A DNA stretch of 64,000 bases, taken from Verrucomicrobiia bacterium. GTDB taxonomy: Bacteria > Verrucomicrobiota > Verrucomicrobiia > Limisphaerales > Palsa-1400. The translations under genes and the position numbers were made by a program. Location of the stretch: NCBI GenBank assembly GCA_036501625.1, contig DASXZY010000063.1, positions 1,924 through 65,923 on the forward strand, read 5' to 3'. Of the stretch, positions 10,330-20,351 are shown piece after piece (within the stretch, counting starts at the first letter, position 1; each line of letters begins with the position of its first letter). The notes beneath the pieces were generated by a model that saw nothing but the letters and a program-made list of their open reading frames with translations, searched no databases and had not been told where the DNA came from.

Positions 10330-13300
10330 TCAATACACCGTAATCGTCTCGTGCAAATTCAAAATGACGCGGCACACCGCGGTCCAATCCGCCACCTTGT
10401 TCGTTCCGCCATTGGTGACGGTTTGCTCGACCAGAAAATCGCGCAAGGAATCCAACTCGCGCGCCTGAAGCGGCCGGGCCAGGGCGCGTTCCGCGGCGGA
10501 TTGCAATCGATGGTCATCCGAGCCAGGCTCAGCCAGCAGGTGCTTGGCGAGCGCTTGCGCGGCCTCAACAAATGTCGGGTCGTTCAGCAGCGTCAAGGCC
10601 TGTTGCGGGGTGTTGGAGAGGTTGCGCGTGCAGGCCGTTTCCTCGCGCGATGGGGCGTCGAAATTCGCCAGGGCCGGCTGCAAAAAAGTGCGCTGCCAAT
10701 GAATGTAAAGCCCGCGCCGGTATTGGAGGCCGCCAGTGTCGGCCGTGTAAGTGCGATCAGGAAATTGCAAATTGGCGTAATAACCTTCCGGCTGGTACGG
10801 ATAAAAACTCGGGCCGCCCAAGTCCGAATTGAGCAGGCCGGCGATGGCGAGCGCGTTGTCACGCACAAACTCCGCGTCCAGCCGGCGGGGCGACTGGCAG
10901 GAAAGCAGGCGGTTGTTGGGATCGGTCTCGCGCAACTCCGGGCGCAGGCCGGATTGCTGGCGGTAAGCGGAAGAAAGGACGATTTGTTTGACCATATGTT
11001 TGACGTTCCACCCGCTCTCTTCGAACTCGACGGCCAGCCAGTCGAGCAATTCGGGATGCGAGGGCCATTCGCCTTGCGACCCCAAGTCATCCACCACCGC
11101 CGAAAGGCCCATGCCGAAAAATTGCTTCCAGAGCCGATTGGCGATCGTGCGCGCCGTGAGCGGATTTTCCTTGGACACGAGCCATCGGCCCAAGTCCAGG
11201 CGGGTTAGCCGGCGCCCGTTTGGATTCGGAATTTGCGGGAGGAAATGCGGCACGCCCGGCACGACGCTTTCGCCCGTTTCGTCCTGCCAATTGCCGCGGG
11301 TGAGGACGCGCATGGGGCGCGGTTCGACGGCGATGGTGACCATCGTGCTGGCGACCCCGTGGTTGCAGTCCAGCGCCTGTTGCTCCAGCTTCCGCGCGTC
11401 CGCCAATCCGCCGCTCCAATCCGTGCCAAGAAAATAAGCCTTCTCCGCGCCGCGAAGTCTGGCCGCGCCGCGCCCCAGGAAACTCGATGACAAATCGTGG
11501 CGAAGCGCCTCGTCCGCGCCGCACCGAAGCGGATCAGAAGCCGCGAAGGGCGTGACGGAAACGCGCAAACAGGCGGCTTCGTTTTTGCGGAAACGCAACA
11601 CGAGGGAATCGCCTTTGCCCGCCCGCACCGGATGTTTCAGCATCCAGACGGCGCTTTGGCCGCGGGCCACGTCCGCCGCCGCGATTTTCCAGCCGGAACC
11701 GAGGCCCGGCAGCATTTGGCCATTGAAATAATGGTCCGCCTTGCGGGCGGCATCGGAGACGGAATACTCCAGCGGCTCGGAATTGGTTTGGCTGGCGCGC
11801 TTGAGGGTTGTGTCAAACAATATATCGGTTGTCTCGGCCTTGCCGCGCAAGACCCGGCCGCCATCGGCCGCGAACGGCATCAATTCCACCCGGATGGCGG
11901 CCACCCAGCCGGATTCCAGCGGCAGCGTCACTTCCGTCTCCTTTCCGCCGGCCGTGAAAACGATGGAATGATCGGCGTGGACGGTGATATTGGTATCGGA
12001 CATGGCGGCGCCATTGGTGTGGATCGCCGCGGCGGACGGCAGCGGCGTGAGCCAGCCATCTTTGTGCTCGCGAACGAACGCGGCCGACTCGCGCCGCCAT
12101 TCGGTGAACGCGGCCTTCTCTTTGGCATCGGTTTTGAGCCTGGCGGAGGCGCGCTCGATGCTGCCATCAATCTCTTGATTCACGCGCGCCAGATGTTCGG
12201 CGAGATAACGGTTCGTCACTTGAATTTCCGGCGGGAACGGGCTGTCGTTATCGGCCCCTTTCAATTCCGGCACGCCGCCCGGATCGCCGTAAAAGCCCCA
12301 TTCCTTGATGTCGGCAAAAAAGGCTTCCATCTGGTAAAAATCCTTGGTCGAAAACGGGTCGTACTTGTGGTCGTGGCATTCGCAGCAGGCCATGGTCGAG
12401 CCGAGCCACGTTCCGGCCAAGGTGCGGACGCGGTCGGCGGCATACTTGGCCAGATATTCCTTGGGCTGCGCGCCGCCTTCGCGCGTTTTCATGTTGAGAC
12501 GGTTGTAACAACTGGCAATTTTCTGCTCATCCGCCGCGCCTGCCATAAGGTCGCCCGCGATTTGTTCGATGGTGAATTGGTCGAAGGGCTTGTTGGCGTT
12601 AAATGCGTCAATCACATAATCCCGGTAGGGAAAATCGCGCTGCAACTGGTCGCCATGATACCCGACGGTGTCCGCGAATCGCACCGCATCGAGCCACGGA
12701 ACAGCCATGCGCTCGCCGTAATGCGGGGACGCCAGCAGGCGGTCCACCTGGCGCTCGTAGGCGCCAGGGCTGCCATCCCGCAAAAACGCCGCGATTTCGC
12801 CGGGCGTTGGCGGCAGGCCGGTTAAATCAAGACTGACGCGGCGCAGGAGCGTGCGCTTATCGGCCACAGGCGAAGGCTTGATGCCGCGGGCTTCAAGCGC
12901 GCTCAATACGAACGCATCAATCGGATTGCGCACCCAGTCCGAATGTTTGACGCGGGGCACAGCCGGGCGAACCGGCTTGATGTAGGCCCAATGCGGCTCG
13001 TATTCGGCGCCTTGAGTGATCCAATCGCGCAGGGTCTTTTTTTCTTCGGCCGTCAGCGCCTTATGGGTGCTGGGAGGCGGCATCATCTCGTCGGCATTGG
13101 TTGATTCAATATGCTGGATGAGCAGGCTTTGCTCCGGTTTGCCGGGGACGATGGCTTTGAGGTCCAGCGCGATGTCGCGCGCGTCCAGGCGCAACTTGGC
13201 CTTGCGGCGGTTTTTGTCCGGCCCGTGGCAGAGCAGGCAATTCTCGGAAAAGATGGGGCGGATATCGCGATTAAATCGGACGGGATGACTTGCCTGGGCG

Positions 13301-13371
13301 CGCGCGCTTCCCGGCGCGACCGCGGCCAGGGCCAGGAGAGAAAATATCAAATGTTTGACGGACGACAACAT
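10330..13371 (-). CDS. PSD1 and planctomycete cytochrome c domain protein (DUF1549/DUF1553)
   Basis: FNRDIRPIFSENCLLCHGPD (CxxCH); NPIDAF; RRVSLDLTGLPPT; YGERMA..WLD; CECHDHKYDP; PSHPELLDWLA; TPQQALTLLND; LNLHE. Confidence 0.93.
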   Translation of the reverse strand: MLSSVKHLIFSLLALAAVAPGSARAQASHPVRFNRDIRPIFSENCLLCHGPDKNRRKAKLRLDARDIALDLKAIVPGKPEQSLLIQHIESTNADEMMPPPSTHKALTAEEKKTLRDWITQGAEYEPHWAYIKPVRPAVPRVKHSDWVRNPIDAFVLSALEARGIKPSPVADKRTLLRRVSLDLTGLPPTPGEIAAFLRDGSPGAYERQVDRLLASPHYGERMAVPWLDAVRFADTVGYHGDQLQRDFPYRDYVIDAFNANKPFDQFTIEQIAGDLMAGAADEQKIASCYNRLNMKTREGGAQPKEYLAKYAADRVRTLAGTWLGSTMACCECHDHKYDPFSTKDFYQMEAFFADIKEWGFYGDPGGVPELKGADNDSPFPPEIQVTNRYLAEHLARVNQEIDGSIERASARLKTDAKEKAAFTEWRRESAAFVREHKDGWLTPLPSAAAIHTNGAAMSDTNITVHADHSIVFTAGGKETEVTLPLESGWVAAIRVELMPFAADGGRVLRGKAETTDILFDTTLKRASQTNSEPLEYSVSDAARKADHYFNGQMLPGLGSGWKIAAADVARGQSAVWMLKHPVRAGKGDSLVLRFRKNEAACLRVSVTPFAASDPLRCGADEALRHDLSSSFLGRGAARLRGAEKAYFLGTDWSGGLADARKLEQQALDCNHGVASTMVTIAVEPRPMRVLTRGNWQDETGESVVPGVPHFLPQIPNPNGRRLTRLDLGRWLVSKENPLTARTIANRLWKQFFGMGLSAVVDDLGSQGEWPSHPELLDWLAVEFEESGWNVKHMVKQIVLSSAYRQQSGLRPELRETDPNNRLLSCQSPRRLDAEFVRDNALAIAGLLNSDLGGPSFYPYQPEGYYANLQFPDRTYTADTGGLQYRRGLYIHWQRTFLQPALANFDAPSREETACTRNLSNTPQQALTLLNDPTFVEAAQALAKHLLAEPGSDDHRLQSAAERALARPLQARELDSLRDFLVEQTVTNGGTNKVADWTAVCRVILNLHETITVY

Positions 13372-13483
13372 GCTCGATTTTAGACGAGCATGATAGGCGA
13401 GACATTCGGCTTTGCCATTTTTTTCTGGAAATGACGCGAACTTCCGCGAGTTGCCGCAATTCAACAGGCTTCAGACATGAAAA

Positions 13484-15064
13484 TCAGTGGCTTGAGGCTG
13501 AATTGCCGGACTTCATGCTAAGGGCTTTTTGCAGCGCGGCTTGTTGCTCGGGCGTGGTGGCGTAGGGCGCGAGATCGGCCAGGCCGGACGGAGGCGTGCC
13601 GGGATTGGCGGCTTGGTAGGCGTCATAAACCGGCCTCAGAGTCTTGGCCGCGCCCTGCTCCCACGCCGTCCACCCGCCGGTCGAGCCGCTCCCGTTTGCC
13701 CCAACAACAAGACGATTGTCATATGCTTCGTCCACAGGCGCTATTTGCGTCACGATCATCGGGCCGACGCCGACATTGGGCACGGCGCTGGGGGGCGCGA
13801 TTTCCCAGCGTTGCAGAACCGCGTCCTCAACGGGCGATGGGAAATAAGGCTGAAGATCGGACCAGTTCTCAGGAAAGTGGCCGCCGCTGGCCGCGCCAAA
13901 CTTGTCCAACGCTGGCTTCAAGGAACCGGACACAAATTCATCTTCGGCCGCGTTGCGAAGCTGGGACATGGCTCGGCGAAAATCCTCATCGGTCTTGAAA
14001 TCGCTGCGAGCGGCGTTAAGCCAGTCGTTATCGGTCAGGTATTGCATCTCGGGAATTCTCGCGCCTGGCGTTTGGCTGAGCCGCGCCTTCAATTGGCTGA
14101 CACGGGCAAGCCAGGATTTGGCCGCGGTGTCGGTCGGGTCGCTTTGAGCGGAGCGCAACTGGGACACTTCGCCGCGAAGGCGCGCGAGATCGGCGGTGTT
14201 GGATTGCAACCGGCCGTTTTCGGATTGCAGGATGGAGATCCGGCGGTTGGCGTCGTCCAGTTCCTTGCTTAACGAATCGTCGCGGACGGCGGCGGCCGGC
14301 GCGGTGTTTGTCCGCAACGACTGAACTTCCGCTGTGAGCGCGGAAACTCGCCGGGCCTCGTAACAGGCTGTTCCAACCGTCGCGGCAAGAGCGGCGACAA
14401 CACAGAATTTTTGCATGGCAGTCATGGCAATGGCTTTCGTAAAACCGGCAGCGGAGGCCGGCAGAATGGCGGCTTTAAGCGCGGGCGGCGCGGATTGAAT
14501 CGCGTGGGTGGAAATCAACACGGCCAGGCCCGCGCTTTCGGTGGCGACTCCCTGGCGGGCGATGATGTCGCGCAGGCGGTCAATCGCGCGGCTGACGCGC
14601 TTTTGCGCGGCGTCCTCGGATGTGCCGAGCGCGTGGCCGACGTCGCGCAGGGATTTGTTTTCAAAGTAACGGAGAAGAATCGCGGAGCGGTCTTCCGGCT
14701 CAAGCGCTTCCATGGCGTCATCCAGGAGCGGTTCAATGTCATTCCAGGGGCCGGGGTGAGAATTCATATCGGCGGCGGCGCGTTCGCGCGACTGGCGGCG
14801 CGACTCGCGGCGGATTACATCGACGGATGTGCGGCGCGTGACTTGGTAAAGCCACGGGGTCAATACGGTTTTAGGGGCCAGTTTGCGGGCGTTGCGCGCG
14901 AGGTCGATGAACACGGACCAGGCCACCTCCTCCGCCAATTCCGGAGAGCGCACTTGGCGCAGCGCCGCGGAATAGACCAGATCGAGATGGCGAGCCGCCA
15001 ATTCCTCGAAGGCATCTTCGCGCCCGGCGCCGGCATACTGCTGCAATAATTCCCAATCGTTCAT
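13484..15064 (-). CDS. ECF-type RNA polymerase sigma factor with transmembrane segment and long C-terminal extension
   Basis: DWELLQQY...AFEELAARHLDLVYSAALRQV (region 2); LLRYFENKSLRDVG...AAQKRVSRA (region 4); hydrophobic segment followed by a coiled coil. Confidence 0.88.
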   Translation of the reverse strand: MNDWELLQQYAGAGREDAFEELAARHLDLVYSAALRQVRSPELAEEVAWSVFIDLARNARKLAPKTVLTPWLYQVTRRTSVDVIRRESRRQSRERAAADMNSHPGPWNDIEPLLDDAMEALEPEDRSAILLRYFENKSLRDVGHALGTSEDAAQKRVSRAIDRLRDIIARQGVATESAGLAVLISTHAIQSAPPALKAAILPASAAGFTKAIAMTAMQKFCVVAALAATVGTACYEARRVSALTAEVQSLRTNTAPAAAVRDDSLSKELDDANRRISILQSENGRLQSNTADLARLRGEVSQLRSAQSDPTDTAAKSWLARVSQLKARLSQTPGARIPEMQYLTDNDWLNAARSDFKTDEDFRRAMSQLRNAAEDEFVSGSLKPALDKFGAASGGHFPENWSDLQPYFPSPVEDAVLQRWEIAPPSAVPNVGVGPMIVTQIAPVDEAYDNRLVVGANGSGSTGGWTAWEQGAAKTLRPVYDAYQAANPGTPPSGLADLAPYATTPEQQAALQKALSMKSGNSASSH

Positions 15065-15188
15065 CACTGCTAGTATATCGCCGCCGCCAGGCGGAATCCG
15101 ACATTTCGCGCCAGAAAGATTTTTGCAACCGCTTATTGAATTCCGCCCCAGTCTTCCTATAGTGCGCAACGCAAAGGATTTTTTTGAA

Positions 15189-17135
15189 ATGGAAATGAGC
15201 CAAGTTGTTTCGCCGCCTGTTCCCTGGAACGTCCAGGCCGCTCGCGATTTGTACAATATCAACCGCTGGGGCGCGAAGTACTTCGACATCAATGAAGCCG
15301 GCCACGTCATCGCCATGCCGTTGCGCGAAAAAGGAGCGGTGGTCGATTTGACGGATGTCATCGAGGAGGCCAAAGGGCGGAGTTTGAAATTTCCCGTGCT
15401 GATCCGCTTCCAGGATATTCTGCGCGACAGAGTGGAGGCCATCAACCAGGCGTTCGCGGCGTCCATCGCGGAGTTCAATTACCAGAACAATTACCGCGGC
15501 GTTTTTCCAATCAAAGTCAACCAATTGCGCGAAGTGGTGGAGGAAATTCTTGACGCGGGCAAGCCGTTTCAATTCGGCCTTGAAGTCGGCAGCAAGCCGG
15601 AGCTTTTCGCTGGGCTGGCGATGCAACATCAGGCGGGCGGGCTGATTATTTGCAACGGATACAAAGACGCGCTGTTCATTCGCATGGCGCTGATGGGAAT
15701 CAAATTGGGCAAGAAAGTCATCATGGTCGTGGAGAAGTTGGAGGAGTTGCGGAACATCATCGCTGTCTCGCGCCAAATGGGCGTGGAGCCGTTGTTGGGC
15801 ATCCGCGTGCGGCTGATGAGCAAAGGGGCTGGCAAATGGGCGGAGAGCGGCGGTGAAAACGCCAAGTTCGGGCTTAACACGGCGGAGTTGGTCGCGGCCT
15901 GTGAGATTTTGCGCGCCGAAAAAATGGAATCGTGCTTCAAGCTGCTTCACTTCCATATCGGTTCGCAGGTGCCGGACATCGTGACGATTAAAAAGGCGGT
16001 GCAAGAGGCGGCCCGGTTTTACGCCAAGCTTTGCAAAATGGGCTTCGCCATTGAATCGCTGGATGTCGGGGGCGGATTGGGTGTGGATTACGACGGCAGC
16101 CGCTCGGCTTTCGACAGCTCGACGAATTATACTTTGCAGGAATACACGAACGATATTGTTTTTTACCTGGGCGAAGTTTGCAGCCAGGAACAGGTGCCGC
16201 ATCCGCAAATCGTAAGCGAGAGCGGGCGGGCCATCGTGGCCCATCACAGTGTGCTGCTGGTGGAGACGCTGGGCACCATCGGCAAAATCCGGCCCGGGGA
16301 TGCCCATCCATACGGCGAACAAGAACACCCAATCGTGCGCGACTTGCTGGACATCCGCAAAAACCTGGCCTCGCTGAGCAAATTGGAGGCGCTGCACGAC
16401 GCGGGCGACCGGCGGGAAGAGGCGCAGCATAAGTTCACGCTCGGCCTGCTGGAGTTGAGCGACAAGGCGAAAATTGAAACGCTCTACTGGGAAATAGGGC
16501 GCGAAGTCGTGCAGAGTTTTCGCGGCCAATCTTATGTGCCGGAGGAAATTCGGAAATTGGAGGACAGCCTGGGGGACCAGGTGTTGTGCAATTTTTCCGT
16601 GTTCCAGTCGCTGCTGGACCATTGGGCTTTGGGCCAGCTTTTTCCGATCATGCCGGTCAGCCGCCTGAATGAAAAACCGTCGCGCGAAGGCACGCTGGTC
16701 GATATCACGTGCGATTCCGACGGCGAAGTGAAAAAATTTATTGACTTGAGCGACGTGCGCGACACGCTGCCGCTGCACGCGCCGCGGCCCAACGGCGGCG
16801 GCACAGTGGAGCCGTATTATTTGGGATTTTTTCTCATGGGCGCTTACCAGGACATCATGGGCGATCTGCATAATCTCTTCGGTCGCGTCAATGAATTGCA
16901 CGTGTTCCTCGATGCCGACGAGCCGGCCGGATATTACGTCGAGGAAATCATCGAAGGCTCGACCATCGTGCAGGCGCTGACATCGGTGCAGTACGACGAG
17001 AACGAATTGAAACGGCAGATGAAGATGCAAATCGACGAGGCGATCAAGTCCGACCGCCTTAAACCGTCGGAAGGCATGAGGTTGCTGGACGACTACGAGC
17101 GCGGCCTGAAGGATTACACCTATCTGGCCATGTAA
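15189..17135 (+). CDS. speA: Biosynthetic arginine decarboxylase
   Basis: FPIKVNQ (PLP lysine), GLEVGSKPEL, CNGYKD, HFHIGSQ, DVGGGLGVDYDG, ITCDSDG, GAYQDIMGDLHNLFG. Confidence 0.97.
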   Translation: MEMSQVVSPPVPWNVQAARDLYNINRWGAKYFDINEAGHVIAMPLREKGAVVDLTDVIEEAKGRSLKFPVLIRFQDILRDRVEAINQAFAASIAEFNYQNNYRGVFPIKVNQLREVVEEILDAGKPFQFGLEVGSKPELFAGLAMQHQAGGLIICNGYKDALFIRMALMGIKLGKKVIMVVEKLEELRNIIAVSRQMGVEPLLGIRVRLMSKGAGKWAESGGENAKFGLNTAELVAACEILRAEKMESCFKLLHFHIGSQVPDIVTIKKAVQEAARFYAKLCKMGFAIESLDVGGGLGVDYDGSRSAFDSSTNYTLQEYTNDIVFYLGEVCSQEQVPHPQIVSESGRAIVAHHSVLLVETLGTIGKIRPGDAHPYGEQEHPIVRDLLDIRKNLASLSKLEALHDAGDRREEAQHKFTLGLLELSDKAKIETLYWEIGREVVQSFRGQSYVPEEIRKLEDSLGDQVLCNFSVFQSLLDHWALGQLFPIMPVSRLNEKPSREGTLVDITCDSDGEVKKFIDLSDVRDTLPLHAPRPNGGGTVEPYYLGFFLMGAYQDIMGDLHNLFGRVNELHVFLDADEPAGYYVEEIIEGSTIVQALTSVQYDENELKRQMKMQIDEAIKSDRLKPSEGMRLLDDYERGLKDYTYLAM

Positions 17136-17141
17136 CCCGGG

Positions 17142-17828
17142 ATGGATGCCGCCAAAGCCGATTTGATGCGCGCGCTGGGGCGGCTGGTGCGGGGCCTCTC
17201 CACGCTTTTCTGGGGAATTCCTTTGGTCATGGCGGCGGACGCGCAAACGGCGCGCACCGATTGGCTGGACGGCCTGGGTGCGCTGAGTTTCGCGCCGGCG
17301 CTGGTATTGAGCGGCCTGCTCTGGCTCGGGCTGCGGCAAATGCGCTCGTTTCACCGCCAGGAGCGCGTCTGGCAGCAGTCCCTTGACCGCGCGGAAATCT
17401 TCGCCATTGTCATCACGGGGCTGGCGCCCTTCCTCTTTTGGTGGCACCGGTTTCCCTCGATGCCGTTTTATTTCTCGTGCGTCAAATTCCTGGCCGCGAG
17501 CGGATTCCTTTTTTTGATCGCGCTCAATCAGGCGCTGCGCCGGCTGGCCGCCATGCTGCCCGATGAAATGTTGCGGATGGAAACGCGCACGTTTTCCGCG
17601 CTGAACACCTGGATGCTTTCGACCGCCCTGGCCGGCTTGGCCGCGTATTTCGCATGGTCAAGTTTTCGGAGCATACCGCATCCGATCAAGCGGCTCATCC
17701 TGGACCTGCCCCGCATTGGCGAATGGCTTATCTTGTTCTTGACGTTGATGCCAACCGCCGTCACGCTCGCGCTGTTGTGGAAAATCAAGGAGGCGATTTT
17801 CACCAGCTTTTTTGAAATCGAGCGGTAA
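17142..17828 (+). CDS. Hypothetical multi-pass membrane protein
   Basis: About six hydrophobic segments; starts 6 bp after speA. Confidence 0.75.
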   Translation: MDAAKADLMRALGRLVRGLSTLFWGIPLVMAADAQTARTDWLDGLGALSFAPALVLSGLLWLGLRQMRSFHRQERVWQQSLDRAEIFAIVITGLAPFLFWWHRFPSMPFYFSCVKFLAASGFLFLIALNQALRRLAAMLPDEMLRMETRTFSALNTWMLSTALAGLAAYFAWSSFRSIPHPIKRLILDLPRIGEWLILFLTLMPTAVTLALLWKIKEAIFTSFFEIER

Positions 17829-17835
17829 GTAAAAC

Positions 17836-18927
17836 CTAATTTAACAACTGGTACCAATTGTCGCGCTGGTGCGCTTCGTAACCGAGTTCTTCGATAAGCC
17901 GGCGCATGTCCGCCACGCCCATCCGGTAGGTCGTGCCCGCCTGCGAGACCACATTTTCCTCGATCATGATGCTGCCGAGGTCGTTGGCGCCGTATTGCAG
18001 GGCGACTTGGCCGATTTCCAAGCCTTGCGTGACCCAGGAACTTTGCACGCTGGGGAAATTGTCCAAATAAATCCGGCTCAGGGCCTGCGTGCGAAGATAT
18101 TCGTGGGCGCCAACGGTCGGAGCTTTCAATTTCGTGTGCTCGGCCTGAAACGTCCATGCGATAAACGCCGTGAAGCCTTTGCTTTTGTCCTGTTGCGCCC
18201 GCACGCGCTCCAAATGCTCGACGCGGTCTTCGATGGTTTCGACGTGCCCGAACATCATCGTGGCTGTTGAACTCAATCCGAGCCGGTGCGCGGCGTCCAT
18301 GACTTCCAGCCAGTCATCGGTCATCGCTTTGAGCGGCGAAATGCGCTGGCGCACGCGGTCCACCAAGATTTCCCCGCCGCCGCCGGGAATGGAGCCAAGG
18401 CCCGCGCGCGTGAATTGCGAAATGATTTCCTCCAGCGGCAGCTTGAAGACGTCGCGAAAATGGATGAACTCGCTGGGGCTGAAACCGTGGATGTTGATCA
18501 GGGGGAATTTGTTTTTTATATGCGATAGCAAATCCAGGTACCATTGCAGGGTGAGCTTGGGATGGTGGCCGCCCTGCATCAGAATTTGCGTCCCGCCCAG
18601 AGCAAGCGTCTCCTCGATTTTACGGTCCATTTCGTCGAAGGTGATAACGTAGGAATCGGCGTCGGACTCCACGCGGTAAAAGGCGCAGAATTTGCAATAG
18701 ACATTGCAGACATTGGTATAATTGACGTTGCGGTCCACGATGTAAGTGACAATCTGGTTGCCGCGGCCGCCGTGGGCGTTCGCGCGGGCAAGCTGGCGGC
18801 GCCGGTGGGCCAGCATTCCCAGTTCCTCCAGCGGCAGGCGGTAAAGGCGCACGGCCTCCTCCGGCCCGATGCGCCGGCCATCCCACACCTCCTGCAACAA
18901 GTCGTCCGTTGGCAAATCGCTATTCAT
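17836..18927 (-). CDS. mqnC: Cyclic dehypoxanthinyl futalosine synthase (radical SAM, MqnC/CofH family)
   Basis: VTYIVDRNVNYTNVCNVYCKFCAF (CX3CX2C), PGGGGEIL, TATMMFGH, QSSWVTQG, GANDLGSIMIEENVV. Confidence 0.9.
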   Translation of the reverse strand: MNSDLPTDDLLQEVWDGRRIGPEEAVRLYRLPLEELGMLAHRRRQLARANAHGGRGNQIVTYIVDRNVNYTNVCNVYCKFCAFYRVESDADSYVITFDEMDRKIEETLALGGTQILMQGGHHPKLTLQWYLDLLSHIKNKFPLINIHGFSPSEFIHFRDVFKLPLEEIISQFTRAGLGSIPGGGGEILVDRVRQRISPLKAMTDDWLEVMDAAHRLGLSSTATMMFGHVETIEDRVEHLERVRAQQDKSKGFTAFIAWTFQAEHTKLKAPTVGAHEYLRTQALSRIYLDNFPSVQSSWVTQGLEIGQVALQYGANDLGSIMIEENVVSQAGTTYRMGVADMRRLIEELGYEAHQRDNWYQLLN

Positions 18928-18971
18928 CAGCCAATCCAATGTCTTGCAGGCTGATGTTGAAAGCAAGACGG

Positions 18972-20351
18972 TTATTCCTGGCGCGCGGGTGAGAGGCGCG
19001 GGTCGTCCAGGTCCAGGCGGTAAAGAAGCTGATTGTAGTCGTAACGCGGCGTGAGGACTGGGTTGCGGGCGAAATCGCCGCTGTGGGTTCCCTCAAAAAA
19101 TAGGATGGGAGAATTCTCCGGCGTGAATTCAGGATGCAATTGCGGATTGTAAAATGAATAATTTTCGTGCGTCAAAACTTTGACGGCCGGCCCCCACGGG
19201 CCTAAGGGCGAACGCGCTTCGGCATACCAAACCTCGCCCAGGGGCGAAGGCTCGCCGCCGGCTTGCACGAAGACGGCAACCCACCGTTTTCGCCAGGCAT
19301 TCCAGGCGATTGAGCCGCCGTGGGGGCGCACCTTGTCCCCTGTTTGCGCGGCCAGCAAATTTCTCGGCGGCGTCAGGCGTTCCCATGAATTGGAATCGCT
19401 CCAAGCCTCGAACGCGGCCGGGCAGCGCATCGTTGGAAACGGCGTGCAGAACAGCATCCACGCCTTGCCGGCGTCGTCCGTCCATTTAACAGAGTGGCCA
19501 TCCGGGGCTGGCGGCGGGCGCTCCGAGCCGGCGCTTTCTTCCCACAAAACCCGGAGAGACTTGAAGGACTCGGCGGCATCGTCCCACACCGCCAGGCCTT
19601 GGCGATAAATGTGCAGCGGATTATGAATTTTGACATACGTGGCCACCAGATGCTCACGTCCCTGGGCGTCAGGCACAGTGGTCATGGCGGAAATCCAGGT
19701 CGGGCCTTGGCCGGCCATTTTCGCCACTCCCTTGGGGATGCCCTGTTTGTCACGAAAATAAGCCAAAGGCATCCGCAACGGCGGCTCCAGCGAGGTGAGC
19801 GGCTGCGGCGCGGTGGTCGCGCACGTACTGTCAAACACGCCCAGCGGATAGCGCGGCAAGGTGGTGTCTCCCCAAAGCCAGAAAAGCTTTCCCTGATAGG
19901 TTGCATTTTGGATGGAATCCTGCCCCAGCACGCCCGATTCCTGCCATGAGGCTTCGGCTCCGAGCTTTTGGCTTTCGCCGAACAATCCGCCACCGGTCAC
20001 GCGGCCAACACGGCGCGCGATGATCGTGCGCTCGACTTCAACGCGATGGGTCTGGCCCGGTTCGGGCGTGAACCTGAATCCGGCGTAACCGAAGCCGTCC
20101 TTCTTGACAGCATAACCATCCCCTTTGATCTCGAACCAAGTTTCCCGGCCCATCAATTCCGGCAAGTCGAAGGCAATGACGCCGGCATTGTCCGTCACAA
20201 ATCGAACGTCATGCAAAGTTTGCAATTCGACCATCGGCACCGGCCAGCCGCAGGATTTGTCCACGATTTCAATCCGGCATGGAGCGGATGCGGAGGCCCA
20301 GGCGGCTGTCAAAGCGAAAACCAGCATTGATGCGGCGGATTTGAAGTTCAT
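18972..20351 (-). CDS. Hypothetical exported protein
   Basis: Signal peptide ending AWA-SA; LFWLWGDT and YSFYNP motifs. Start overlaps the stop of the upstream glycosyltransferase (ATGA). Confidence 0.75.
   Translation of the reverse strand: MNFKSAASMLVFALTAAWASASAPCRIEIVDKSCGWPVPMVELQTLHDVRFVTDNAGVIAFDLPELMGRETWFEIKGDGYAVKKDGFGYAGFRFTPEPGQTHRVEVERTIIARRVGRVTGGGLFGESQKLGAEASWQESGVLGQDSIQNATYQGKLFWLWGDTTLPRYPLGVFDSTCATTAPQPLTSLEPPLRMPLAYFRDKQGIPKGVAKMAGQGPTWISAMTTVPDAQGREHLVATYVKIHNPLHIYRQGLAVWDDAAESFKSLRVLWEESAGSERPPPAPDGHSVKWTDDAGKAWMLFCTPFPTMRCPAAFEAWSDSNSWERLTPPRNLLAAQTGDKVRPHGGSIAWNAWRKRWVAVFVQAGGEPSPLGEVWYAEARSPLGPWGPAVKVLTHENYSFYNPQLHPEFTPENSPILFFEGTHSGDFARNPVLTPRYDYNQLLYRLDLDDPRLSPARQE

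Noticed and set aside
13484-15478. 664-aa version of the ECF ORF, and other extended starts in the track (13464, 20615, 30554, 33766, 54402)
   Set aside because: The extensions overlap neighbouring genes or promoters. Family motifs begin at the downstream ATGs used here.
14871-17447. 858-aa minus-strand ORF, and similar long antisense ORFs (38919-40841, 37126-38829, 11497-12825)
   Set aside because: They are shadows of well-supported genes (speA, leuS, tricorn/msrA, PSD1) in GC-rich DNA and carry no motifs.
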